Assembly (NCBI GenBank): GCA_041686025.1
Contig: JAWLEP010000009.1
Coordinates: 44,309 to 68,835, forward strand
DNA from: Candidatus Fermentibacteraceae bacterium
Lineage (GTDB): Bacteria; Fermentibacterota; Fermentibacteria; Fermentibacterales; JCC-6
Length of the DNA: 24,527 nt
Reading direction: 5' to 3'
Both the position numbers and the translations under genes were made by a program. A model generated the notes under the pieces. That model saw only the letters and a program-made list of their open reading frames with translations. It searched no databases and was not told the DNA's origin. Positions 16,225-24,391 of the stretch are shown here, one piece after another; position 1 is the stretch's first letter, and the number at the start of each line of letters is the position of its first letter.

Positions 16225-17003
16225 AGCCCGTTCTCATCATGGGTCCCTGCAGCCTGGAGAGCCGCGACGTGGTGATGGCCGTGGCCCGCCGCCTCTCCGA
16301 GTTCTTCGGCGGCCTGGACCGCGAGGTGGAGTGGATATTCAAGGGCTCCTGGCGGAAGGACAACCGCACCGCCGCCGGCTCCTACGCCGGCCCCGGCCTG
16401 GAGGCCGGCATGGAGATGCTCCGGGAGGTGGGCGAGTCCTTCGGCGTTCGGACCACCACCGACATACACGCCGCCGGCCAGGCCGGCCCGGTCTCGGAGG
16501 TGGTGGACCTCCTGCAGGTGCCGGCCTTTCTCTGCCGTCAGACCTCCCTGCTGGAGGCGGCGGGGGAGACACGCCTGCCGGTGAACGTCAAGAAGGGCCA
16601 GTTCATGAGCCCGGCCAACATGGACGGCGCCGCAGACAAGCTCAGGCGGGCCGGGTGTCCCGAGGTCTGGATGACCGAGCGGGGGACCTTCTTCGGCTAC
16701 GGCGACCTGGTGGTGGACCTGCGGTCGCTGTCGGTGATGGCCCGAATGGCCGACCGGGTGGTCCTGGACGTAACCCATTCCCTGCAGAGGCCGGGATCCC
16801 TGGGCAACAGCACCGGAGGCAGCAGGGAGTACGCGCCCCAGCTGGCCAGGGCTGGCGCGGCCTGGGGGGTGGACGGCCTCTTCCTGGAGACCCATCCCGA
16901 CCCCGGAAGCGCCCTCAGCGACGCGGCCACCATGCTGCCCCTGGAGGGCGCCTGCGCCGTGGTGCGGGGGGCCCTGGAGCACTGGGAGGGGAGGCGGGAA
17001 TGA
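16221..17003 (+). CDS. kdsA: KDO8P synthase (metal-dependent type), 260 aa
   Basis: GPCSLES, KGSWRKDNRT, QVPAFLCRQT, VNVKKGQF, TERG, DVTHS, FLETHPDP, LSD. TTG start overlaps the kdsB stop (TTGA). Confidence 0.93.
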   Translation: MKPVLIMGPCSLESRDVVMAVARRLSEFFGGLDREVEWIFKGSWRKDNRTAAGSYAGPGLEAGMEMLREVGESFGVRTTTDIHAAGQAGPVSEVVDLLQVPAFLCRQTSLLEAAGETRLPVNVKKGQFMSPANMDGAADKLRRAGCPEVWMTERGTFFGYGDLVVDLRSLSVMARMADRVVLDVTHSLQRPGSLGNSTGGSREYAPQLARAGAAWGVDGLFLETHPDPGSALSDAATMLPLEGACAVVRGALEHWEGRRE

Positions 17004-17485
17004 GCGGCTTCGGCGAGGTCCGGCTGCTGGCGCTGGACGTGGACGGCACCCTGACGGACGGAAGCCTCTTCTACTCCGGCGGCGACGTGATACAGCGCTT
17101 CAGCGCCCGCGACGGCTCGGGGATAATACAGGCCCGCAGGAACGGCCTCCACGTGGCCCTGGTATCCTTCCGCGACTTCCCGGCCACCCGCTCCCGGGCC
17201 GCCGACCTGGAAATACCGGTGGAGATGCTCTTCCTGGGCTGCGAGGACAAGGCCGGCGCCCTGCGGGACATCTGCCGCCGGCTGGAGCTGGACCTGGAGA
17301 GCTCGCTCTTCATGGGCGACGACCTGGTGGACATACCCGCCATCCGGCTGGCCGGCATCGGCGCATGCCCCGCCACGGGGCACAGGCTGGCCCGGGAGGC
17401 GGCGGACTTCGTAAGCGGGGCCGCCGGCGGCGACGGCGCCGTCCGCGAGGTCATAGACAGGGTGCTGGAGGCCGCCGGTGGATGA
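17000..17485 (+). CDS. kdsC: KDO8P phosphatase (HAD, KdsC family), 161 aa
   Basis: LDVDGTLTDG, F..RDG, MGDDLVD, GGDGAVRE. ATGA overlap with the kdsA stop. Confidence 0.92.
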   Translation: MSGFGEVRLLALDVDGTLTDGSLFYSGGDVIQRFSARDGSGIIQARRNGLHVALVSFRDFPATRSRAADLEIPVEMLFLGCEDKAGALRDICRRLELDLESSLFMGDDLVDIPAIRLAGIGACPATGHRLAREAADFVSGAAGGDGAVREVIDRVLEAAGG

Positions 17486-18440
17486 GAGCCTGTTCGGTGA
17501 GGCCCGCCGGGTCTTCGACATAGAGCGCCGCTGGCTGGACCGCACCCTGGAGCTGGCCGAGGAGAGCTTCGACGACGCGGCCCGCCTCCTTGCAGGCTGC
17601 TGTGGCAAGGTGGTGGTCTGCGGCATGGGAAAGTCGGGCCACGTGGGGCGGAAGATCGCCGCCACCATGGTAAGCACGGGCACCCTGGCCCACTTCCTCC
17701 ATCCCGCGGAGGGGGTGCACGGCGACGTGGGAATGCTGCAGCGGGGGGACGTGGCCCTGGTCCTCTCCAAGAGCGGCGAGACCCCGGAGGTGGCCGCCCT
17801 GATACCCAGCTTCCGCAGGCTGGACATACCGGTGGTGGCCATGGTGGCCGACACCGGCTCCCTGCTGGCCCGCAGCGCCAGCGTGGTCCTGGCCCTTCCC
17901 GACGACGTGGAGGCCTGCCCCTACGACCTGGCCCCCACCGCCAGCTCCACCGCCATGATGGCTCTGGGGGACGCCCTGGCCATGGCCATGCTCCGCATGC
18001 GCGACTTCTCCCCCGAGGACTTCGCCCAGGTCCACCCGGCCGGGATGCTGGGCCGGAAGCTCCTCACCCGCGTCTGTGACCTGATGACCCGCCCACCGCT
18101 GCCGGTGGTGCCGGAGCAGTCGCCCCTGTCCGAGGCCATAGCCATGCTCACCCGCCACCGGGGCATCTGCATCACCACCGACGGTTCGGGCGCCCTCTCG
18201 GGGATTTTCGTCTACGGCGACCTGGGAAGGCTGATGGAGCGCCGGGAGAACGTCCTGGACCTCTCCCTCAGCGACGTTCTCATCCGCGACCCGGTTACCG
18301 CAGGCCCCCGGGAGCTGGCTTCCGTGGCGGTGGGCAGGATGGAGAAGGCTGGCATCACGTCCATCGTGGTGGTGGACGGGGCCGGCGGCCCGGTGGGGAT
18401 CCTCTACCTGCACGACGCGCTGCGGGCCGGGATACGCTGA
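17478..18440 (+). CDS. kdsD: Arabinose-5-phosphate isomerase (KpsF/GutQ; SIS + 2 CBS), 320 aa
   Basis: GMGKSGHVGRKIAAT, FLHPAEGVHGD, SKSGET, EACPYDLAPTASST, GDALA, HPAGMLG and a C-terminal CBS pair. Confidence 0.95.
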   Translation: MDESLFGEARRVFDIERRWLDRTLELAEESFDDAARLLAGCCGKVVVCGMGKSGHVGRKIAATMVSTGTLAHFLHPAEGVHGDVGMLQRGDVALVLSKSGETPEVAALIPSFRRLDIPVVAMVADTGSLLARSASVVLALPDDVEACPYDLAPTASSTAMMALGDALAMAMLRMRDFSPEDFAQVHPAGMLGRKLLTRVCDLMTRPPLPVVPEQSPLSEAIAMLTRHRGICITTDGSGALSGIFVYGDLGRLMERRENVLDLSLSDVLIRDPVTAGPRELASVAVGRMEKAGITSIVVVDGAGGPVGILYLHDALRAGIR

Positions 18441-18441
18441 G

Positions 18442-19029
18442 GTGCTCACCCTCCAGCTCCCCAGGCCGCTTTTTCCGCTGCTGGCAATGGCGTCGCTTCT
18501 GTGCGGATGCTGCGGGCCGCGCACCGACGACGAGATGAGCGAGGGAGAGGGGGCGGTCCAGAGGGTCCAGGGCTTCAGCCTGGTGGAGACCGACGGCGGC
18601 CAGCGGGTCTGGAAGCTGGATGCCGCCACCGGGACGTACCTGGAGAACGACAGCCTGCTGGTGCTTGCCGAAGTGGACATGACATTCTTCGAGGAGGACG
18701 TCCCCGACGCCTACCTGGTGGGGGACTCCGGAAAGGTCCGGACCGCCACCGGCAGCATGCGGGTCTGGGGCAACGTCCACGTGGAGACCGTGGACGGCAG
18801 GGAGCTGGAGGCCCCCGAGCTCTTCTGGAACGAGGACGGCGGCTTCTTCGAGTCGGACTGCACGGTGGTCCTCACCGTTCCCGACTCGCTGGGGCAGACG
18901 GTGATGACCGGGAGGGGCGTACGGCTCACCACCGCCCTGGAGGCGGGCAAGGACGTGGACGTCAGGGAGGCCTTCCAGGTGGTCTACACCGGCTCTGAGC
19001 CCCCGGAGGGCGTGGAAGATGCGCTGTAG
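18442..19029 (+). CDS. lptC: LPS export protein LptC (probably lipoprotein type), up to 195 aa
   Basis: Position between kdsD and lptA-lptB; patterns W.L.A, GNV.V, L.APEL.W, TG.G; N-terminal LLCGCC lipobox-like segment. Start uncertain (18442 GTG or 18487 ATG). Confidence 0.8.
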   Translation: MLTLQLPRPLFPLLAMASLLCGCCGPRTDDEMSEGEGAVQRVQGFSLVETDGGQRVWKLDAATGTYLENDSLLVLAEVDMTFFEEDVPDAYLVGDSGKVRTATGSMRVWGNVHVETVDGRELEAPELFWNEDGGFFESDCTVVLTVPDSLGQTVMTGRGVRLTTALEAGKDVDVREAFQVVYTGSEPPEGVEDAL

Positions 19030-20095
19030 GGCCATCGCCATGCTCCTGCTGCTCTGCGCCGCGGCGGGGGCGGACGTGTTCACCGCCAGCGCCGACAGGG
19101 CGCAGGGCAGGGAGCTGGAGGACGGCGAGGTGGTGGTGGACCTGGAGGGCAACGTCCGGGTCACCGACGGGGAGGTGGTGGTCACCTCCCTCACCGGCAG
19201 GGTCTGGCAGACCGCGGGCAGGGCCCTCTTCGAGGGGGACGTGGTGGTGGTCAGCGACACGGTCACCGCCACCTCCGACCGGCTGGACTACCGCAGCGAG
19301 GCGGGTATCATACGCCTCACCGGAGACGTGGAGCTCACCGACGGCGACAACGTGATCAACGCCAGGGAGGTGGTCTACTTCCGGGATCAGGGCAAGGCCA
19401 CCGCCCGGGACAGCGTGGTGATGACCGGCCCCTGGCTGGGGCGGGTAACCGGCGAGTACGCCCTGTACGACAGGAACAGGGGAAGCCTCTTCGTCACGGT
19501 GGACCCGGTGCTGAGGCGGGCCGGGGACGGGGACAGCATGACGGTCACCGCCGACCGCCTGGAGTTCTTTCCCGACTCCAACCGGGCCGAGGCCCAGGGC
19601 AGCGCCCACGTGGACGTTCCCGCCCGGGAGATCACGGCGGACGCCGAGTACCTGCGCTACTACGGCGACCGGGACCGCTTCGAGCTCATAGGCTCCCCGG
19701 TGGTGGTCTCCCCCGACGGCACGCTCGCGGGGGACTGGATGAGCATACTGATGCATGAGGGAAGCCTCTCGGAAGTACAGGTGGAGGGTGCGGCCGAGGG
19801 GGATTTCACCGACAGCGGGGTGGACCCGCCGGCCACCGGCCACTTCACATCCGAGGGGGCGAAGTTCATGTTCGACGCAGCGGGAGACCTGGACTCCATC
19901 TTCGTCCGGGGAAGCGTGCACCTGGAGGTCCGCAGCGGGGGCGAGGCCGCCGAGAGGGCGGAGACCAACACCGTAACCGGCGACCGCCTCTACATCTCCT
20001 ACAGCGACGGGTCGCCGCAGACCATAAGGGTGGCCGGGAGCGTCAGCGGAACCTACAGCTACCGGGGCGAGGCCCCTGCGAGGAGGGATCTGTGA
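19019..20095 (+). CDS. lptA: LptA/OstA-like periplasmic beta-jellyroll protein, 358 aa
   Basis: Signal peptide; repeated OstA-type strands ([42 protein letters not shown]); located between lptC and lptB. Confidence 0.75.
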   Translation: MRCRAIAMLLLLCAAAGADVFTASADRAQGRELEDGEVVVDLEGNVRVTDGEVVVTSLTGRVWQTAGRALFEGDVVVVSDTVTATSDRLDYRSEAGIIRLTGDVELTDGDNVINAREVVYFRDQGKATARDSVVMTGPWLGRVTGEYALYDRNRGSLFVTVDPVLRRAGDGDSMTVTADRLEFFPDSNRAEAQGSAHVDVPAREITADAEYLRYYGDRDRFELIGSPVVVSPDGTLAGDWMSILMHEGSLSEVQVEGAAEGDFTDSGVDPPATGHFTSEGAKFMFDAAGDLDSIFVRGSVHLEVRSGGEAAERAETNTVTGDRLYISYSDGSPQTIRVAGSVSGTYSYRGEAPARRDL

Positions 20096-20847
20096 GCGGC
20101 CGGGAGACCGGGAAGGGCAGCAGCAAAGAGATGCTCCGCACGGAGGGCCTGGTAAAGAGGTACCGCCGGCGAAGCGTAGTGGACGGTGTGAGCCTGGAGG
20201 TGTCCCGGGGCGAGATAGTGGGCCTTCTGGGGCCCAACGGCGCCGGCAAGACCACCACCTTCTACCAGATAGTGGGCTTCATCCGGCCCGACGAGGGCAA
20301 GGTTTTCCTCGACGACAGGGAGATCACCGACCTGCCCATGTACAAGCGGGCCCGGCTGGGGATCGGCTACCTGCCCCAGGAGTCCAGCGTGTTCCGGAAG
20401 ATGACCGTCCGCGACAACCTGCTGAGCATACTGGAGACCATGAAGCTCTCCCGCCGCCAGCGCAGGGAGCGGCTGCACGAGCTGATGGAGGACCTGGGCA
20501 TAGAGAGGGTGGCCGACCAGAAGGCCTACACCCTCTCCGGCGGCGAGCGGCGCCGGGTGGAGATAGCCAGGGCCCTGGTGACCCGTCCCGGCTTTCTGCT
20601 GCTGGACGAGCCCTTTGCCGGCATAGACCCCATCGCGGTGGCCGAGATCCAGTCCATCGTCCGGGGATTGAAGCAGAAGGGTCTGGGCATACTGATCACC
20701 GACCACAACGTCCGCGAGACGCTGGCCATTACCGACCACGCCTACATCATGTACGACGGCCGGGTCCTCCTGTCCGGCACCTCCGACGAGCTGGCCCGGG
20801 ACCCCGAGGCCCGCAAGATCTACCTGGGAGAGCGCTTCCGCCTGTAG
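20092..20847 (+). CDS. lptB: LPS export ABC transporter ATPase, 251 aa
   Basis: Walker [68 protein letters not shown]. Confidence 0.97.
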   Translation: MSGRETGKGSSKEMLRTEGLVKRYRRRSVVDGVSLEVSRGEIVGLLGPNGAGKTTTFYQIVGFIRPDEGKVFLDDREITDLPMYKRARLGIGYLPQESSVFRKMTVRDNLLSILETMKLSRRQRRERLHELMEDLGIERVADQKAYTLSGGERRRVEIARALVTRPGFLLLDEPFAGIDPIAVAEIQSIVRGLKQKGLGILITDHNVRETLAITDHAYIMYDGRVLLSGTSDELARDPEARKIYLGERFRL

Positions 20848-20861
20848 CCCTCTCCGGCCTC

Positions 20862-20964
20862 GGTGGTGCTCTTGCAGTCCCCCGACAACCTTGCATAGTG
20901 TACGTGTAGGCGCAACGAGAAGCCGGTCATGCAGACCGGCACATGAGCGATAGAGGGGTCTGCA
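20862..20964 (+). promoter_or_regulatory. rpoN upstream region: candidate promoter and structured leader
   Basis: TTGCAG (20872-20877) with CATAGT 16 nt or TAGTGT 18 nt downstream; GG-N10-GC core at 20862-20875; hairpin at 20922-20940 and an alternative pairing of 20930-20937 with 20957-20964. Confidence 0.4.
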
Positions 20965-20969
20965 AAGCG

Positions 20970-22406
20970 ATGCCCAACATGGAGATGAGACAGAGCCAGC
21001 GGCTGGAGCAGAAGCAGAAGCTGGTGCTAACCCAGAAGATCCAGCAGTCCCTGGAGATGCTCCAGCTGCCCAGCCTGGACCTGGAGAAGCTCATCCAGCA
21101 GGAGCTGGAGGAGAATCCCCTCCTGGAGACGGCCCAGGACGAGGGCCAGACGGAGGCCGACCCCGACGCCGAAGGGGAGGCCGAGGGCATCGAGGAGGAG
21201 CCCGAGCGGGACGACTCCGAGGAGGATGACCCCCTGGACATCCTCAAGCAGATAGAGGAGAACGAGGGCTACGGCTCGGGGGGAGGCGGAGGCTCGTACG
21301 CAGACGACGAGGAGCCCTGGAGGCCCGAGCCGGTGCAGGAGCCCACCCTCTACGAGCATCTCCTGGAGCAGGTGTACAACCGCCGGCTGAGCCCCGATAT
21401 GGAGGAGGCGGCCATGTACGTGGTCTACTCCCTGGACCGTCACGGTCTGCTCAGCCTCAGCGACGACGAGCTGGAGGCCGGCTGGGACGGTGCCCCCGAC
21501 CTGCTGTGGCAGGCCGTAGACCTGGTTCAGGACCTGGAGCCGGTGGGGATAGGCTCCCGCTCGGCGTCCGACGCCCTCCTGGTGCAGCTGGAGGCGGAGG
21601 GCATGGACCCGGAGTCCCTGGAGTACCGGATGGTGCGCGACCACTTCGGCGACATGGTGGAGCGGCGGCTCCCCGCCATCGCCAGGGCGGAGGGGGTCAC
21701 GCCGCACAGGGTGCAGGAGGCCATGGAGAGCATATCCCACCTCGACCCCTGGCCGGGAAGCGACTTCGCCGGCAGCAGCAACTCCGTGGTGATCCCGGAC
21801 ATCATCATCCGGGAGATAGACGGCGAGCTGAGGGCGTTCCTGAACGACACCCGGTTCCCCACGCTGCACATCTCCGCCCGGAACCGGCGCATACTGGAGT
21901 CCCCCGACACCCCCCAGAAGGAGAAGGAGTACGTCAAGAACAAGTTCAAGCGGGCATCCTGGTTCATCAAGGCCATCGCCCAGCGCCAGGAGACCATGCA
22001 GAAGATCGGGACCTTCCTGGCCGACTACCAGGAGGACTTCTTCCGCCACGGCATATCGGGGCTGCGTCCCCTGACGCTGCAGCAGGTGGCCGACGCCCTG
22101 GACTACAACCAGTCCACCATAAGCCGCGCCATAAACGGCAAGTACATCCAGTCTCCCCGCGGGGTCCACGAGATGCGCTTCCTGTTCAGCCGCGGCCTGG
22201 GCGAGGGGGCGGATCAGATGTCCACCCGCACGGTCAAGGAGGAGCTGCGGAAGCTGATCGCCTCCGAGGACAGGAAGAAGCCCTACTCCGACGCCCGGCT
22301 GGCCGAGATGCTCCAGGCCAGGGGAATGGACGTGAAGAGACGCACCGTGGCCAACTACCGCAACGATCTGGGAATCGAATCGGCCAGGAAGCGCAGGGTC
22401 TACTGA
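20970..22406 (+). CDS. rpoN: RNA polymerase sigma-54 factor, about 478 aa
   Basis: Gln/Leu-rich region I (QKLVLTQKIQQSLEMLQL...ELEENPLLE), acidic region II, EPVGIG, LRPLTL..VA...STISRA..GKY, E...KPYSD, RRTVANYR. Follows lptB. Start could be 20943, 20970 or 20979. Confidence 0.96.
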   Translation: MPNMEMRQSQRLEQKQKLVLTQKIQQSLEMLQLPSLDLEKLIQQELEENPLLETAQDEGQTEADPDAEGEAEGIEEEPERDDSEEDDPLDILKQIEENEGYGSGGGGGSYADDEEPWRPEPVQEPTLYEHLLEQVYNRRLSPDMEEAAMYVVYSLDRHGLLSLSDDELEAGWDGAPDLLWQAVDLVQDLEPVGIGSRSASDALLVQLEAEGMDPESLEYRMVRDHFGDMVERRLPAIARAEGVTPHRVQEAMESISHLDPWPGSDFAGSSNSVVIPDIIIREIDGELRAFLNDTRFPTLHISARNRRILESPDTPQKEKEYVKNKFKRASWFIKAIAQRQETMQKIGTFLADYQEDFFRHGISGLRPLTLQQVADALDYNQSTISRAINGKYIQSPRGVHEMRFLFSRGLGEGADQMSTRTVKEELRKLIASEDRKKPYSDARLAEMLQARGMDVKRRTVANYRNDLGIESARKRRVY

Positions 22407-22452
22407 CTGCAGGCCCCCCGAGTCCCACCCACAACACATGACGGGAGAGCGG

Positions 22453-23838
22453 ATGACCGAAGACAAGCTGAAGGGCTACAGGGGGCCGGCGAGGAAGGTC
22501 CTGGAGGAGAACGGCCTGAAGGTTTGGGACGACGTGGAGCTGCACTCGGGCCCCAACGTGTTCAAGGGCGTGATACTCCCCCGCAGCGAGACGGCGGACG
22601 ACAGCCACATAGTGCTGAAGCTCTACACCGGCTACAACATCGGCATCAGCGCCGACAAGGTCACCGGCTCCAAGCGGCTGGGCAGCCGCGAGGCCCACTA
22701 CCAGATACCCGAGCAGGAGTTCCCCTACGACCCCGAGCACCCCAACGTGAAGCTCCTGGGCACCGGGGGCACCATAGCCAGCCGTCTGGACTACAAGACC
22801 GGGGCGGTGATACCCGCCTTCTCCCCCGGTGAGCTCTACGGCGCGGTCCCGGAGCTGGCCGACATCTGCAACCTCCAGACCGAGAAGCTGTTCGGCATCT
22901 TCAGCGAGGACATGGGCCCCCTGCAGTACACCACCCTGGCCGAGGCCATAGGCACCGAGATAGAGAAGGGCACCGCCGGCATCGTCATCGGCCACGGCAC
23001 CGACACCATGCACCACACCGCCGCGGCGCTGTCCTTCATGTGCCAGGACCTGCCGGTGCCTGTGGTGCTGGTGGGCTCGCAGCGGTCCTCCGACCGTCCC
23101 AGCTCCGACGCGGCCCTGAACCTGATCCACGCCACCCGCACCGCCGCCTACTGCGACGCCGCGGAGGTGATGGTCTGCATGTTCGGCCCCACCAGCGACC
23201 GCTACGGCCTGCTGCACCGGGGCACCAGGGTGCGCAAGATGCACTCCAGCTACCGCAGCACCTTCCGCACCATCGGAGACATTCCCCTGGCCATGGTGGA
23301 CCGGGAGAGCTTCACCTACCTCAAGGACGACTACCGCCGCCGCGACCCCGACAGAGAACCTCTCATCCAGCCGGTGTTCGACGACAGGGTCACCATCGTC
23401 TACTACTACCCCAACATGAAGCCCGACATAATAGACAGCCTGGTGGACAACGGCTACCGGGGCATAGTGATAGCCGGCACCGGCCTCGGCCACGTCAACA
23501 AGCCCCTCTACGAGCCCCTCCGACGGGCCACCGAGGCCGGGGTGCACGTCTACATGACGGTGCAGACCCTGTGGGGCTATACCCAGATGTACGTCTACGA
23601 CACCGGAAGGATGCTGATGGAGCGGGGGGTGGTCCCCCTGGCCAACATGCTGCCGGAGGTTGCCTACATGAAGCTGGGCTGGGCGCTGGCCGCAGCCGAT
23701 GACGACGAGGGCGTCAGGGAGCTGATGCAGACGCCCATCTCCCACGAGATAACGCCCACCGAGCCGCCGGACGGCTACATAATACTGCAGGGCGGCATCC
23801 CCGAGGTGGAGCGGTGCATGAAGCTGATACAGAAGTAG
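22453..23838 (+). CDS. gatD: Glu-tRNA(Gln) amidotransferase subunit D (archaeal-type GatD), about 461 aa
   Basis: N-terminal GatD-specific extension (GVILP...HIVLKLYTGYNIGI) plus GTGGTIASRLDYKTGAV, HGTDTM, GSQRSSDRPSSDA, RVRKMHSSYR, GTGLGHV, VYDTGR, MLPEVAYMKLGWAL. ATG at 22453 follows GGGAGAG (alternative start 22438). Confidence 0.92.
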   Translation: MTEDKLKGYRGPARKVLEENGLKVWDDVELHSGPNVFKGVILPRSETADDSHIVLKLYTGYNIGISADKVTGSKRLGSREAHYQIPEQEFPYDPEHPNVKLLGTGGTIASRLDYKTGAVIPAFSPGELYGAVPELADICNLQTEKLFGIFSEDMGPLQYTTLAEAIGTEIEKGTAGIVIGHGTDTMHHTAAALSFMCQDLPVPVVLVGSQRSSDRPSSDAALNLIHATRTAAYCDAAEVMVCMFGPTSDRYGLLHRGTRVRKMHSSYRSTFRTIGDIPLAMVDRESFTYLKDDYRRRDPDREPLIQPVFDDRVTIVYYYPNMKPDIIDSLVDNGYRGIVIAGTGLGHVNKPLYEPLRRATEAGVHVYMTVQTLWGYTQMYVYDTGRMLMERGVVPLANMLPEVAYMKLGWALAAADDDEGVRELMQTPISHEITPTEPPDGYIILQGGIPEVERCMKLIQK

Positions 23839-23865
23839 CCGGAGAAACGCGAGGGAGGGATACGC

Positions 23866-24363
23866 ATGTGCGGTGAGGGAGACCTTTTCGAGGCAGTTCA
23901 GCTGGAGTTCCCCGAGGGCTGCAACATCATCCTGGGGCAGTCGCACTTCATCAAGACCGTGGAGGACGTCTACGAGGCGGTGGCCCAGACGGTCCCGGGA
24001 GAGCGCTTCGGCCTGGCCTTCTCCGAGGCCTCCGGCCCCAGGCTCGTCCGCTGGGACGGCACCGACAACGAGCTTATACGCATAGCCCAGGAGAACGTGC
24101 TGCGCATAGGCGCCGGCCACTGCTTCCTGATTGTCCTGGAGAAGGCCTACCCCATCGCCGTCCTCAACGCCATCAAGGCCGTCCCGGAGGTGTGCCGCAT
24201 CTTCTGCGCCACCGCCAACCCGGTGCAGGTGGTGGTGGCCCGTACCGACCAGGGCGGGGGCATAATGGGCGTCATAGACGGCGGCCCTCCCACTGCCGCC
24301 GAGACCCAGGAGGACATCGCCGCCCGGCGGGAGCTGCTGCAGAAGATAGGCTACAAGCGCTAG
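23866..24363 (+). CDS. Adenosine-specific kinase family protein (DUF355 / PAE2307-like), 165 aa
   Basis: NIILGQSHFIKTVED, FGLAFSEASG, GAGHCF, EVCRIFCATANP, GVIDG, IGYKR; strong GGAGGGA SD. Confidence 0.88.
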   Translation: MCGEGDLFEAVQLEFPEGCNIILGQSHFIKTVEDVYEAVAQTVPGERFGLAFSEASGPRLVRWDGTDNELIRIAQENVLRIGAGHCFLIVLEKAYPIAVLNAIKAVPEVCRIFCATANPVQVVVARTDQGGGIMGVIDGGPPTAAETQEDIAARRELLQKIGYKR

Positions 24364-24391
24364 CCATTCACCCGGCAGCAACCGGTCGCGA

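Noticed and set aside
15864..16999. Extended N-termini of the kdsA (from 15864) and kdsC (from 16331) ORFs, or programmed frameshifts between kds genes
   Set aside because: Ordinary 4-nt start/stop overlaps (TTGA at 16221, ATGA at 17000) with SD sequences explain the layout.
22453..23838. Calling this gene a plain L-asparaginase (ansA)
   Set aside because: It has the ~95-residue N-terminal extension and the SRLDYKTG / QRSSDRPSSD motifs characteristic of GatD rather than AnsA.
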